Shown: positions 28,225-39,106, counted from the first letter of the stretch. The stretch is 64,000 nt of DNA from an uncultured Chloroflexia bacterium (GCA_963763655.1 CAVXPY010000050.1:25809-89808), one strand, 5' to 3'. The notes: a model not told the origin generated them from the sequence alone. Translations and numbers: made by a program.

Positions 28225-29856
28225 GTGCTGCTCGGCCTGCTGCTCTCATCGCTCGATCAGACGATTGTCGGCACGGCGCTGCCGAAAATCATCGCCGATC
28301 TGCATGGCTTCAACCATTATTCCTGGGTCGTCACGGCGTATCTGCTGACCTCGACGACGGCGGTGCCGATCTTCGGCAAGCTCTCGGACATCTTCGGCCG
28401 CAAGTGGATCTATATCAGCGGCATCGTCGTCTTCATGTTCGGCTCGATCCTCTGCGGCGCAGCGCATTCGATGATGCAGCTCATTCTCTTCCGTGGCCTG
28501 CAAGGCATCGGTGGCGGCATCATGGCTGCGAATGCCTTCGCGATCATCGGCGATATCTTTCCGCCCGCGCAGCGCGGCAAATGGCAGGGCATCACGAGCA
28601 GCGTCTTCGGCCTCTCCTCGGTCGTCGGCCCCGCGCTCGGTGGCTGGATCACCGATAGCTCGTCGTGGCGGTGGGTTTTCTACATCAATATCCCGGTGGG
28701 CATCCTCGCCCTGACGGTGCTCGTGCTTGCCTTCCCCTATTTCCGCCCGAGTGGCGTCAGGCGAGTCATCGACTGGGCGGGCGTTGCGACGCTGATTCTC
28801 GCCGTCGTCCCCTTGCTGCTCGCGCTGACATGGGCAGGCGGTCAATATGCGTGGGGGTCGGTGGAAGTGATCGGGTTGCTGCTCTTCTCCGTGGCGATGT
28901 TCGTCGTCTTCGGGCTGGTGGAATCCCGTGCAGTGGAGCCCGTCTTACCGCTCGATCTCTTCAAGAATCGTATCTTCGTCGTCGGCGCAGTGGTCATCTT
29001 CGTCACCGGCGTCGCACTTTTCGGGGCAATCCTCTATATCCCGCTCTTTGTCCAGGGCGTGACGGGACGCTCTGCGGCCGGCTCCGGCGCGATCCTCACG
29101 CCCTTCATGCTCTCGCTGATCGTGGGCAGCACGACGAGCGGTCAGATGATCTCGCGGCGGGGTCGTTATAAGGCGAATGCCATCGCGGGGACCGCGATCA
29201 TGATCGTCGGCATGGCGCTGCTCTCTCGGATGGGTGTCGGCACCACGAACAGCGCCGTTATCCGCAACATGCTGATTACCGGCTTCGGGACCGGCCTCAC
29301 CTTCCCCGTCTTCACGATAGCCGTGCAAAACGCCTTCCCGATTACCCGTCTCGGCGTCGTGACGAGCGCGACGCAGTTCTTCCGCCAGATCGGTGGCACA
29401 CTCGGCACGGCGGTCATGGGATCGCTCCTGACGAGTCGATTCAACGACAGCTTCCACGCCAATCTTCCGGCAGATGTCGCTGCGACCATTCCGGTGCCGG
29501 TCCTCAAGCAGTTGGAGAACCCGCAAGTCCTCGTCAGTGCGCAGACGCAGGAGCAACTACGCGGCATCTTCGCGGCGTCGGGCACACAGGCCCAAGCGTT
29601 CTACGGTACGTTTGTAACCACCGTGCGTCAGGCGCTTGCGGACGGCACGCACGTCGTCTTCACCATCAGCGTGATCAGCGCAATTATCGCCTTCGCCTGC
29701 ACATTCTTCTTGCAGGAAATCCCGCTCCGCAAGAGCAACCGCATCGAAGCGAGCGAGGAAACGACGACGATGCCGTCCGTCGGGCAGGTCACCTCCGGTG
29801 TTCCCGCTGGGGAGCGCCGCACACCGGAAGTCGCCACGAGCAACCAGGGCGATTGA
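28225..29856 (+). CDS. MFS transporter, DHA2 (EmrB/QacA, 14-TM) family
   Basis: LLSSLDQTIVGTALPKI and GKLSDIFGRK motifs. The true start is probably ATG 28134, which overlaps the merR stop (ATGA) but is in another frame, so a frameshift near the C4 run ~28171 is suspected. GTG 28225 is the first in-frame start. Confidence 0.8.
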   Translation: MLLGLLLSSLDQTIVGTALPKIIADLHGFNHYSWVVTAYLLTSTTAVPIFGKLSDIFGRKWIYISGIVVFMFGSILCGAAHSMMQLILFRGLQGIGGGIMAANAFAIIGDIFPPAQRGKWQGITSSVFGLSSVVGPALGGWITDSSSWRWVFYINIPVGILALTVLVLAFPYFRPSGVRRVIDWAGVATLILAVVPLLLALTWAGGQYAWGSVEVIGLLLFSVAMFVVFGLVESRAVEPVLPLDLFKNRIFVVGAVVIFVTGVALFGAILYIPLFVQGVTGRSAAGSGAILTPFMLSLIVGSTTSGQMISRRGRYKANAIAGTAIMIVGMALLSRMGVGTTNSAVIRNMLITGFGTGLTFPVFTIAVQNAFPITRLGVVTSATQFFRQIGGTLGTAVMGSLLTSRFNDSFHANLPADVAATIPVPVLKQLENPQVLVSAQTQEQLRGIFAASGTQAQAFYGTFVTTVRQALADGTHVVFTISVISAIIAFACTFFLQEIPLRKSNRIEASEETTTMPSVGQVTSGVPAGERRTPEVATSNQGD

Positions 29857-29872
29857 CGCCGGATCGCATAGG

Positions 29873-29912
29873 GCAATGCCCCACCCGCTTATACAAGTGG
29901 GTGGGGCATTGC
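29873..29912. terminator. bidirectional stem-loop between convergent genes
   Basis: Perfect 14-bp stem GCAATGCCCCACCC / GGGTGGGGCATTGC with a 12-nt loop. Confidence 0.6.
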
Positions 29913-30036
29913 AGATTCATGCATGTGCAACAAGTGTTTGTCGTTCACGCTCCGCGGCATAACTCAGACAGACGCGAAGGTCGTCGTCTGTCAAATATCA
30001 GCGGGCACCGCATCGGCGATTCCTGGTTTCGATACG

Positions 30037-31704
30037 TCAACTGACGCCCGCCAGTGCCTCACCTTCCAACGTTGCGGAGCCGCCGCTGACGCCAACGGGG
30101 GTGCCGTCCGCGCGCCAGCAGGCCGCGCCGTGGAGCAGGCCGGTTCGCGCATCACGCAGCACGCCGTTCATGCCGCCCGCGACTTTCGGCACGACGGAGA
30201 CCCGGTGGCCCATCCCTTCCAACTCGGCGACGAGCGCCGGGAGGTTCGGGAAGCGGTCTTCGAGCAATAAGGTGTTGCCATCGGTCCAGATGCGCGGCGC
30301 TTCCACGGCCTCCTGGAGCGTCATGCCGTGGTCGAGGACGTTGAGAATCCCCTGCATCACGGCGGGGAAGATTTGCCGACCGCCGGGGGTGCCGAGGGCC
30401 ATCAGCGGCACGCCGTCGCGCTCCACAATCGTCGGGGACATGCTACTGAGGATGCGCTTGCCACCCGCGATGCTGTTCGTCTCGCCGGGGAAGGGATTCA
30501 TGTTCGAGATCATATCGTTGAGCAGCATCCCCGTTCCCGGCGTCGTCACTTTCGAGCCGAACAGGCGGTTCAGCGTTTGCGTTGTCGTCACGAACATGCC
30601 GTCCGCGTCCGCAACGGTGACGTGTGTCGTGTTGACGCTCTCCATCACCGGGCGCTGCCCCGCGTGGTAGTGCGACGCACGATGCGGGTCAATCGCGGCG
30701 CGGCGTTCGTCAGCGTACGCCATGCTCGTCAGCCACTGGACCGGCACATCGGTGAAGGCGGGGTCGGCCATGTAGCGCGCCCAGTCCGCGAAGGCGATGC
30801 CCAGTGCTTCCGCCATCAGGTGGATCGTGCGCGCCGTGCCAAAGCCCGACGCCGCGAGATCGAAGCCACTGAGAATGTTGAGCATCTGGGCGATGTGCGT
30901 GCCGCCCGCGCTCACCGGCCCCATCCCCGTGATTGTCGCGCCCCGGTAGGTCGTTCGCACCGGCTCGCGCTCGATGACGCGGTACGTCGCGAGGTCGTCC
31001 ATCGTGATGAGTCCCCCGTGCGCCGCCATGTCCGCGACGACCGCTTCCCCGATGGGGCCGCGATACAACACATCCGGCCCATTCGTAGCGACGGCGCGCA
31101 GGGTCTCCGCGTAGTCACGCCGGACGATGAGATCGCCGGGGCGCGGCGGTCGACCATCGGGCAAAAACACCGCCGCGCTGGCGGGAAAGCGACCGAGGCC
31201 ATCCACGTTCTCGGTAATCGCTCGGACGAGATAGGGCGAGGCGGGATAGCCCTCGGCGGCGTAGCGGATCGCGGGGGCGATCACCGTCGCCAGTGGCAAA
31301 GTGCCCCACCGCTGTAGCGCCTCCGCCCATCCGGCAAGCGCACCTGGGACACCGACGGCCTTGTGTCCCAGGCGATTCTCGTCGTCCTCGGTCAACCATT
31401 CGGTAGTGCTCGGCAGGGGGCGGAACATCGTCTCCGTCGCCGCGCCGGGGCAGGTGGCGAAGTTGTCGAGTGTGGTCACTCCCCCCGCCGCATCGCGTAC
31501 GACGACGAAGCCACTGCCGAAGATGCTCACCATCATCGGCTCCACCACCGTCAGCGCGAACAATGCCGCCATCGCCGCGTCCACGGCGTTGCCGCCCCGA
31601 CCGAGCATCTCCACACCTGCCGCACTCGCCAGCGGGTGATTCGTCGCCACCACTCCTTGCGACGCGATCACTTCCCTCTTTCGCAATGGCAACGGGTACG
31701 TCAT
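30037..31704 (-). CDS. ggt: gamma-glutamyltransferase
   Basis: 555-aa ORF; RBS AAGGAGG. Blocks GGNAVDAAMAALFAL and GKRILSSMSPTIV, and an autoprocessing-site Thr context (VNTTHVTV). Confidence 0.85.
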   Translation of the reverse strand: MTYPLPLRKREVIASQGVVATNHPLASAAGVEMLGRGGNAVDAAMAALFALTVVEPMMVSIFGSGFVVVRDAAGGVTTLDNFATCPGAATETMFRPLPSTTEWLTEDDENRLGHKAVGVPGALAGWAEALQRWGTLPLATVIAPAIRYAAEGYPASPYLVRAITENVDGLGRFPASAAVFLPDGRPPRPGDLIVRRDYAETLRAVATNGPDVLYRGPIGEAVVADMAAHGGLITMDDLATYRVIEREPVRTTYRGATITGMGPVSAGGTHIAQMLNILSGFDLAASGFGTARTIHLMAEALGIAFADWARYMADPAFTDVPVQWLTSMAYADERRAAIDPHRASHYHAGQRPVMESVNTTHVTVADADGMFVTTTQTLNRLFGSKVTTPGTGMLLNDMISNMNPFPGETNSIAGGKRILSSMSPTIVERDGVPLMALGTPGGRQIFPAVMQGILNVLDHGMTLQEAVEAPRIWTDGNTLLLEDRFPNLPALVAELEGMGHRVSVVPKVAGGMNGVLRDARTGLLHGAACWRADGTPVGVSGGSATLEGEALAGVS

Positions 31705-31758
31705 ACCTGCCTCCTTGTGACAATCTGTCGGGCATGGATGGACACTCCATCGCCTGCC

Positions 31759-32711
31759 TCACGGCGCGTAGTGGTAGCCAATCTTCGGGGCGAGCGAAAG
31801 GGTGGCATAGAGCGTCTCGAAATGTGGGACAGGAACACCGGCGCGCGCGCCACGGCGCACCACGGTGCCGAGCAACTCCTCAACCTCGGTCCGCGGGCGG
31901 CCCTTCTCGAAGTCGCGTTGCAAACTGCTCTTGATGACTACTTTGGTCGTCATCATTGCGGCCTTCCGCTTCGCAATCACGTCGGCATCGATGCGCGTAC
32001 CCTCGGCGGTGGCAATGGCGACAAGTTCGTCGATACATGCGAGATAGAGCGCGTGCGTCGGTGGATGGGTGAAGATATCCCCGTACGTGGCGCGAGAAAC
32101 GGCGGTAATGGCGGCGACCGGACCAATCCACAGAAACTTTTCCCACAAGATACCCATCGGGTCTTCACTGAGGACGCCCCGCACGCCCGCGCCATTGAGC
32201 GCATCCACGAAGGCGCGCAGGCGCGGCGTGGCGGCACCGGTGGACTCCGCGACCACCACCTGATCAGCGGGGGGAAGCGGTGAATGATGCCGGGGGCGGC
32301 GATCGTGGCGGTGTAGGTGGTGGTGCCGGAGATCACACGCTCCGCGCCGTAGTGATTGCCGAGACGTTCGGGGGCATCCAGCCCGTTCTGGATCGTGACG
32401 ATCGCGGAGTTGTCGCCCATCAGCGGCGCGGCTTGCGTCGCTGCACTGTCGGTGTCGTACGCTTTCACCCCGAGCAGAACGAAATCCACCGGGCCGATGT
32501 CGGCGGGGGTATCGGTGGCAGGCGCGCGGACGACGAACTCGTCGAGAATATCGTCGTTGGTGACTTCGCGCAGCGTCAGGCCGTCGGCACGAATGGCGTC
32601 GAGATGCGCCCCGCGCGCAATGAAGGCCACGTCATGCCCCGCGCGCGCGAGCCTGCCGCCGATATATCCGCCGATTGCCCCGGTGCCGAAGACTGCGATT
32701 TTCATGCGCAC
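31759..32711 (-). pseudogene. panE: 2-dehydropantoate 2-reductase; one apparent frameshift near 32260
   Basis: N-terminal Rossmann fold MKIAVFGTGAIGGYIGGRLARAGHDV (ORF 31977..32711). The C-terminal ApbA_C part GILWEKFLW..SSLQRDFEKGRPRTEVEEL is in the frame of ORF 31759..32259. Confidence 0.75.
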
Positions 32712-33028
32712 GTTGCTCCTTCATCGTGAAGGCTCCGTTGAGCCTCATCCCCCACCCCTGAACCTCGCCCGCTCCTTTACGAAATCCTCGCTCGGGAGAA
32801 ACGCACGCGGCAAAACGTCCGCCCTCACTATATACGCGATGCGCGGCTGAATAAACCGCCACCCGTCGATCGGGGCACCGCGCGCATTCTCGTCTCGGCA
32901 TTCCGCTTCTCAGCGCATCGCCCATGTGCGGCACCCGTCTGCGTGGCGCACCGAATATCGTTGGGCAACTATCGGTGGTTGCCGCTATCGTTACGAATAA
33001 TCCAGACTACCCGATGCCGAGTCGGTGC

Positions 33029-34471
33029 TTAGACATGGATATGCAAGAGCGGCTCGCGGACGAAGTAGAGAAGAAAGACGACCGCGACGACGTAGAGCGC
33101 AGGGTGAATCTTCCGCCACTCGCCCCGGACGAGCCGCAGGAAGGTGTAGAGGATGAAGCCCGCGCCGATACCGTTGGTGATGCTGTAGGTGAGCGGGATG
33201 AGGAGAATCGTCACGAGGGCGGGCAAGCCCATCACGATGTTGTTGAAATCGATCCCCCCGGCGGCGTGCTCCTCGCCATCCGCGCCAGTCACGGTGCGCG
33301 GCGCGAGCACACCGCTCATCAGGAAACCGACGAGGATGAGCGCCGGTGCGGTCGCCTGCTCGGGAACGATCCCGACAATCGGCCAGAGGGGCATTGCGAG
33401 CAGGAAGAGCACCCCGGTGGTGACGGCGGTCAACCCCGTGCGGCCCCCGATGCCGACACCCGCCGCCGATTCGATATAGGTCGTCGCGGACGAGGCACCC
33501 GCCAAGCCGCCGGTGATTGCCGCGACGGAGTCCACGAGGAGCGGTTTCTGCACATCGGGGAACTCGCCCTTTTCGTCCAGGTAGCCCGCCATGCCACCGA
33601 CGCCGATCAGCGTGCCGACCATGTCGAAGAAGTCACTGAGAAAGAGCGAGAGGATGACGAGGATCGCCGTCAGGAAGCCGAGCTTCGAGAAGAAGCCGAA
33701 GGAGATATGCCCGACGGTAGAGAAATCCGGGGCGGCGATCCACTTGGAGGGCAGTTTCGCGATGCCGGTGTCCTTGCCCGCCACGAACCAGAGGTCACCG
33801 CCGTTCGCGGCGTTCGCGATCAGCGCAATCACGGTCGCGATGAGAATGCCCCAGAGGAGCGCGCCGCGTATATTGCGCGCGAGCAAGGTAACCGTAATAA
33901 GGAGCCCGATGATGGCGGTCGCGAGCGGCCAGCCAACGAGCTTGCCCATCGTGAGCGGTGTTCCCTCCCCCTTCACGACGATTCCCGCCTGTACCAGCCC
34001 GATGAAGAGGATGAAGAAGCCGATGCCGACCGAGATCGCGCGCTTCAACTCGACGGGGATCGCGTCCATCACGAGCTTGCGTAGACCGGTCACGACGAGG
34101 ATCAGGATCACGATCCCTTGCGCGACGATCACACCCATCGCCTCGGGATAGGTCAGTTTCTGCGCGCCAACGAGCTGAAAGGCGACGACCGCATTCAGCC
34201 CCAAACCCGGCGCGAGGGCGAGGGCACGGTTCGTGTAGAGACCCATAAAGAGACAGAGCAGTCCGGCGACCAGACAGGTCGCGGTCGTGATCGCGGGGCG
34301 CAGGTGTGCATCCGGCTGGGTTGTCGTGAGGATCGTTGGGTTGACGAAGATGATGTAGGACATCACCATGAAGGTCGTCAGGCCAGCAAGAAGTTCCCTG
34401 CTGATAGTCGTGCGCCACACACTGAGCTTGAAGAGTCGTTCCGCCCAGACGGCGATCGCACCCGATTCCAT
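33029..34471 (-). CDS. NCS2 family purine permease (AzgA / adenine-guanine-hypoxanthine type)
   Basis: MESGAIAVWAERLFKLSVWRTTISRELLAGLTTFMVMSYIIFVNP is a typical AzgA-type N-terminus; multi-TM. Start chosen at ATG 34471 within ORF ..34555. Confidence 0.8.
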   Translation of the reverse strand: MESGAIAVWAERLFKLSVWRTTISRELLAGLTTFMVMSYIIFVNPTILTTTQPDAHLRPAITTATCLVAGLLCLFMGLYTNRALALAPGLGLNAVVAFQLVGAQKLTYPEAMGVIVAQGIVILILVVTGLRKLVMDAIPVELKRAISVGIGFFILFIGLVQAGIVVKGEGTPLTMGKLVGWPLATAIIGLLITVTLLARNIRGALLWGILIATVIALIANAANGGDLWFVAGKDTGIAKLPSKWIAAPDFSTVGHISFGFFSKLGFLTAILVILSLFLSDFFDMVGTLIGVGGMAGYLDEKGEFPDVQKPLLVDSVAAITGGLAGASSATTYIESAAGVGIGGRTGLTAVTTGVLFLLAMPLWPIVGIVPEQATAPALILVGFLMSGVLAPRTVTGADGEEHAAGGIDFNNIVMGLPALVTILLIPLTYSITNGIGAGFILYTFLRLVRGEWRKIHPALYVVAVVFLLYFVREPLLHIHV

Positions 34472-34654
34472 CCCCGCTTGCCCCGCAATTTGCCCTGCCA
34501 CGGTTGCCTCCCCATGCTTACGACGCATCGACCGACACTCTCGCCATGCACCCATGCGGTGGTGTGAGGAAGGTAGCGTGCAGCGAGACAGACCCGCGCG
34601 AACCCAATGCTAGCCTACTACGCGCCCCGCTGTACGTATAGGGGGACGGAAAAC

Positions 34655-34863
34655 CTCACCCCGGCCCCTCTCGTACGGAGCCATCGCCCTTGGATCGAGA
34701 TACAGAGAGGCTGCGACGGCGATAGAGAGGGGTGACTCGCATGAAATGCCGTGGCATTTGGAGGAATGCCGTGGCGTATCAAAGGTCTCTCCCCCTCTCC
34801 ATCGCCATACAAAACCCCATTATTCCTCGATCTTTGGGCGATGGAGAGGGGTTGGGGGTGAGG
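34655..34863. repeat. two family-A hairpin elements flanking a short AATGCCGTGGCATT palindrome
   Basis: 34655-34740 is a degenerate copy: CCTCACCCCGG tail, loop CTTGGATCGAGATACAGAGAGG.., then GGCGATAGAGAGGGGTGACTCGC. 34792-34863 is a perfect copy with 15-bp arms and a TTGGGGGTGAGG tail. Confidence 0.8.
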
Positions 34864-34867
34864 TCCA

Positions 34868-35947
34868 TTACCGATCGACGGTGTACCGGCGCACCTTCTC
34901 GTCATCGAGCACGACGCCGAGGCCCGGCCCGGTAGGCACGGGCAGGAGCAATCCGGCAGGGGAGAGTGGCTCCGTCAGAATCGTATCCGAGAGGCGGGTA
35001 ACGAATGAGGGCCAGGTGATGGCGGGCAGAGCGGCAGCGACATGGGCCGCAGCGGCGGCGAGTACGTCGTAATAGACAGCGACGGAGAGATCGAGGCCCG
35101 CAGCAGCGGCAATCTGCGCGGTTTTCAATGCGCCGAGCATACCGCCCTGCTTGGGAATCTTGAGGAATGCCGCCTGTGCCGCGCCCTGTCGGACGATCTC
35201 CAGAAGGGATTCCGGCCCGGCGAGCGATTCGTCCGCCATCACCGGCGCGGCAAAGCGGCGGGCGAGGGTCGCCAGATCGCGCAGCCGCGCGACGGGCTGC
35301 TCGATCATGCCGAGGCCACCGATCCGCTCCATCGCGGTAATCGCCGTGATCGCCTGGCTGAGCGAGTACCCGCAGTTGCCGTCCACCTGGAGCAGCGCGC
35401 GCCCCGCGGCCGCCTCATGTACCGCATTGTACCGGGCGAGATCGTCCGCGATGCCCATGCCGATCTTCACCTTGAGCGCCGGGTACGCGGTGGCGAGCAG
35501 GGCTTCAGTCTCGCGGGCCATCGTCTCCGGATCGCCATAGGGGATCATCGCCATCAGCGCGATTCCCTCCCGCACGCGCCCGCCGAGTAACTGGAAGACC
35601 GGCACCCCAAGCGCCTTCCCTTTCGCATCCCAGAGCGCAATGTCGATCGCCGCGTGGGTCGCATGATGGCCGGGTAGGGTGCGCGCCATGATGCCGTGCA
35701 GATATTCGATGTCGAAGAACGATTGCCCGATCAGGAAGGGGGCGAGATAGGCATCGATGTCCGCCTTGATGCCCGCCGCGCCGAATGCCGGCGGGTCGAC
35801 CATCGTTTGCCCGATCCCCACCACTCCCGCATCGGTTTCCAGTTCGACAAGCACGGTCGTCGCGTCGTCCCGGTTGCCACCGGCAAGCGTCAAGCGCGTC
35901 GTGCGGGGGATCGCGATGATCGTCGCCGTAATGCGCGTGATCTTCAT
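34868..35947 (-). CDS. enolase-superfamily enzyme (mandelate racemase/muconate lactonizing, dipeptide-epimerase-like)
   Basis: 359-aa ORF. N-terminal capping domain MKITRITATIIAIP..VLVELETDAGVVGIGQ. Barrel with KVKIG and a D/E metal ligand pattern. Confidence 0.75.
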   Translation of the reverse strand: MKITRITATIIAIPRTTRLTLAGGNRDDATTVLVELETDAGVVGIGQTMVDPPAFGAAGIKADIDAYLAPFLIGQSFFDIEYLHGIMARTLPGHHATHAAIDIALWDAKGKALGVPVFQLLGGRVREGIALMAMIPYGDPETMARETEALLATAYPALKVKIGMGIADDLARYNAVHEAAAGRALLQVDGNCGYSLSQAITAITAMERIGGLGMIEQPVARLRDLATLARRFAAPVMADESLAGPESLLEIVRQGAAQAAFLKIPKQGGMLGALKTAQIAAAAGLDLSVAVYYDVLAAAAAHVAAALPAITWPSFVTRLSDTILTEPLSPAGLLLPVPTGPGLGVVLDDEKVRRYTVDR

Positions 35948-35948
35948 G

Positions 35949-36614
35949 TCAGACGCGCTTGCGCGCCAGCGTCAAGCCATCACCGATAGGCAGAAGCGTG
36001 AGATCGATGCGCTCGTCCTGATGAAGGTGCGCGTTGAAGGCGCGCATCGCGACGGTACGCGGATGGTGATCCGCCTCATCCGCGACTCGCCCGTTCTGCA
36101 GGACATTGTCGAGCGCAATGACGCCGCCAGGGCGCAGGAGTTGAAGGCAGCGTTCGTAGTACGCGGGATAGGTGTCCTTATCGGCATCGATAAAGGCGAA
36201 GTCGAACGCGCCCTCCTCGCCCGCATCGAGGAGCGCATCGAGCGTACCGAGCGCGGGGCCGATGCGCAGATCAATCTTGTGCGCTACCCCCGCCTCCTGC
36301 CAATAGCGCCGCGCGATGGCGGTCCACTCCTCGCTCACATCGCAGGCGATGATCTGTCCGTCCGACGGCAACGCCAGTGCCACACAGAGCGCGCTATAGC
36401 CGGTGAAGACGCCGAGTTCGAGCGTTCGCCGCGCGCCAATTGCCCGGACGAGAAAGGCGAGGAACTGCCCCTGCTCCGGTGCGAGTTGCATCTGCGCGTT
36501 CGGGAACCGCGCCGTCTCATCGCGGAGCGCTTGCAGCAACGCGGGCTCGCGCAGTGATGCGATAAGAACATAATCATACAATTTATCAGTCATTGCCAGC
36601 GTTCGTCGTGTCAT
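35949..36614 (-). CDS. class I SAM-dependent O-methyltransferase (family 3, caffeoyl-CoA OMT-like)
   Basis: LELGVFTGYSALCVALAL, FDFAFIDADKDTYPAYYE and LRPGGVIALDNVL. Its stop is 1 nt from the start of the downstream gene. Confidence 0.8.
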   Translation of the reverse strand: MTRRTLAMTDKLYDYVLIASLREPALLQALRDETARFPNAQMQLAPEQGQFLAFLVRAIGARRTLELGVFTGYSALCVALALPSDGQIIACDVSEEWTAIARRYWQEAGVAHKIDLRIGPALGTLDALLDAGEEGAFDFAFIDADKDTYPAYYERCLQLLRPGGVIALDNVLQNGRVADEADHHPRTVAMRAFNAHLHQDERIDLTLLPIGDGLTLARKRV

Positions 36615-36847
36615 ACTGTTCTCCCTGCAAAAGCCCCACGTGCAACTCGTGTATCTTCTATAGTATCATTGCAACAGACTGAATCGTTCCTGTGTGCGGC
36701 GTATGAGACAGTCTCCATCTTCGTCCTCCATCCACCTCGCTCCCTTTCCCCAAAGAGGAAATGGGAAGCAAACGCACCCTCGGTGCGTTGAGGAGAAGGA
36801 TAGTGCGAGAGTGCATACGTCCTATGGATGTGAGAGGAGGAAGTACG

Positions 36848-38227
36848 ATGGTAACGGCACCAACGGCATCTCCCGCCACCGCCCCACCTTCATCCCGACC
36901 GAATGAGACGAGCAACGCCCGTCAGATCACCCTCGAAATTCTGAACAGGCTCTTCGGCGCCGCCCCGCCCCGCGGCGGTCGCCTGCCGTTTGTGGGATGG
37001 CACCGAGTGGCCGGAGAACGCGCCGGACGATGTCGTCGCGACCGTCGTCTTCAATCACCCGGGGGCACTCCGGCGCATGTTCCTGCCACCGACCGAGCGC
37101 GCCGTCGGTGAGGCATTTATCCGAGGCGATTTTGACATCATCGGCGATCTCGAAGCCGCCTGCGGGCTCAATGAGGTGATCGGGGCCGCACCGCGCACCC
37201 CCGCGATGACCTGGGACTCCTCAAGCTGCTCCGTCAACTGCCGGAAACGGGCGGCGCACCGCGCACCACGCGCCGAGCGGCGCACTTGCGCGGGCGGCTC
37301 CATTCGCATACGCGCGATCGCGCGGCAATCCACTATCACTACGATGTCTCCAACGATTTCTATGCTCTCTGGCTCGACAAACGGCTCACCTACTCCTGCG
37401 CGTACTTCGAGACCGGCGACGAAGACCTCGACACCGCGCAAGAAGCGAAATACGACCTCATCTGCCGTAAGTTGCGCCTCCGACCCGGCGAACGGCTCCT
37501 CGATATTGGCTGCGGCTGGGGTGGGTTGGCGATGTTCGCCGCCGAGCGCTACGGCGTCGAGGCGACCGGCGTCACCCTCAGTGCCCGGCAGGCGGAAGTG
37601 GCCAGGAGCGCGTGCCGCCGCAGCGGGCCTCGGCGACCGCGTGCGTATCATCCTCGATGACTACCGCAATCTCCCGTCCGGAATGCCCTTCGATAAGATC
37701 GTCAGCGTCGGCATGTTCGAGCACGTCGGGCGGCCCCGACTTGCCGGAGTATTTCACCATCGCGTACCGGCTCCTGAAGGCCGGCGGGCTCTTCCTCAAT
37801 CACGGCATCGCGCAGCAGCACGACTTCCAAAACCCCGCCCGACGCGCGCTCGACCGCGAGATGCAATGCGCATACGTCGTTTATCTGGAACTACGTTTTC
37901 CCCGATGGCGAACTCGTGCCGATCAGCGAATCGCTCGGCGTCGCGGAGCGCGCGGGCTGGGAAGTGCGCGATGTGGAGAGCCTGCGCGAGCATTACGCGC
38001 AGACTCTTCGCCACTGGAATCAGCGCCTCGCGGCCCACGAGGATGAGGCGAAGCGGCTGGTGGGCGAGGAGACGTACCGCGTCTGGCGCATCTACATGGC
38101 CGGTTCAGCGTACAGTTTCGCGCACGAGCGGGTCAGCATCTATCAGGCGCTCCTCGCCAAACCGGATGCCACCGGAAAAGCGCACATCCCCCGCACCCGG
38201 CGCGACATTTACGAGCGGAAGGGATAA
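36848..38227 (+). pseudogene. cfa: cyclopropane-fatty-acyl-phospholipid synthase, >=5 frameshifts
   Basis: RBS GAGGAGGA, then ATG 36848. Homologous blocks follow frames 2>0>2>0>1>2. They include LWDGTEWPE..IRGDFDIIGD, IHYHYDVSNDFYALWLD..YSCAYF, LLDIGCGWGG, FDKIVSVGMFEHVG, YFTIAYRLLKAGGLFLNHGI and FPDGELVPISE..WRIYMAGSAYSF. The shift at 37198-37202 is in a C5 run. Confidence 0.8.
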
Positions 38228-38251
38228 CGGTACGCATGGGGGTTCTTTCGT

Positions 38252-38323
38252 CCTCACCCCCGAGCCCTCTCCATCGCCAGAAAATCAGGATATGAGTCAG
38301 GTTTGTGCGGCGATGGAGAGGGG
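38252..38323. repeat. family-A hairpin element (tail on left)
   Basis: CCTCACCCCCGAG-CCCTCTCCATCGCC-30 nt loop-GGCGATGGAGAGGGG. Confidence 0.85.
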
Positions 38324-38413
38324 AGCGCATAGTGGTACTTCGGTTGGAATAAATTCGGCCGACGTGGCGTCGCAAGAACGGCAGAGTCAACGATCCGACA
38401 GAAGGAGAGCGCG

Positions 38414-39091
38414 ATGCCAGGACCCTGCTGCGACGACGATCCCGCCGCACCGCGCACCGGGTTTGACCCGCGCGAACGTACCGGGGCAGCAGATCTACAA
38501 CCTGATGAACAGCATCGTCGTGCCCCGCCCGATTGCCTGGGTGAGCACGCTCAGCCCGGCGGGGGTGGCGAATGTCGCGCCGCACTCGTACTGCATGATC
38601 GTCTCGGCCAACCCGCCGATCATCGCCTTCTCCTCGACGGGCGCGAAGGACACGCTGCGCAATATCCGCGCATCGGGCGAGTTCGTCTTCAATCAGGTGC
38701 CGGAGGCGCTGGCGGAGGAGATGAACCTCTCGTCCGCCAACTTCCCGCCGGAGACAGTGAGTTTGACTGGGCCGGTCTCACGCCGGTGCCGGGTACGGTC
38801 GTCCGCGCGCCGCGCGTCGGCGAATCACCCGCCGCGTTGGAGTGCAAACTGCTCGACATCCAGGAATTGGGTGACGGGGCCGTCCATCTCATCATCGGCG
38901 AAGTCGTCCATATCACCGTAGACTCGACGCTCCTCACAGATGGCATCCTCGACTACACGCGGGCGCGCCCGGTCGGTCGCCTCGCGCGCAGCGGCTACAG
39001 TTACACGCGCGAGTTCTTCTCCATGCCCCGCCCCACCTATCAGGGCCTCCTCGATTCCGGTGCCACCCCAAGACGAAGGACTGAGGACTAA
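38414..39091 (+). pseudogene. flavin reductase-like FMN-binding (split-barrel) protein, two apparent frameshifts
   Basis: Frame 2 gives MPGP..FDPRE. Frame 0 gives QQIYNLMNSIVVPRPIAWVSTLSPAGVANVAPHSY..FSS. Frame 2 again gives EFDWAGLTPVPG..ALECKLL..GEVVHI. Confidence 0.7.
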
Positions 39092-39106
39092 GGACTGAGG
39101 ACTGAG
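39078..39106. repeat. tandem 7-nt repeat array (AGGACTG/A x4)
   Basis: AGGACTG AGGACTA AGGACTG AGGACTG. It contains the stop codon (39089-39091) of the preceding gene. The reverse complement CAGTCCT x2 recurs at 44351-44366. Confidence 0.7.

Noticed and set aside
34472-34640. Purine riboswitch upstream of the NCS2 purine permease (minus strand)
   Set aside because: Read as the reverse complement, the region lacks the conserved UAUA..GGAUAUGG..CUACC..CCGUAAA elements.
36990-38921. 643-aa ORF in the track that would fuse cfa and flavin-reductase sequences
   Set aside because: It is an accidentally open frame in high-GC DNA. Only short pieces of it carry homology (the cfa N-terminal part and the flavin reductase middle part). 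The rest is Arg/Ser/Pro-rich out-of-frame translation.
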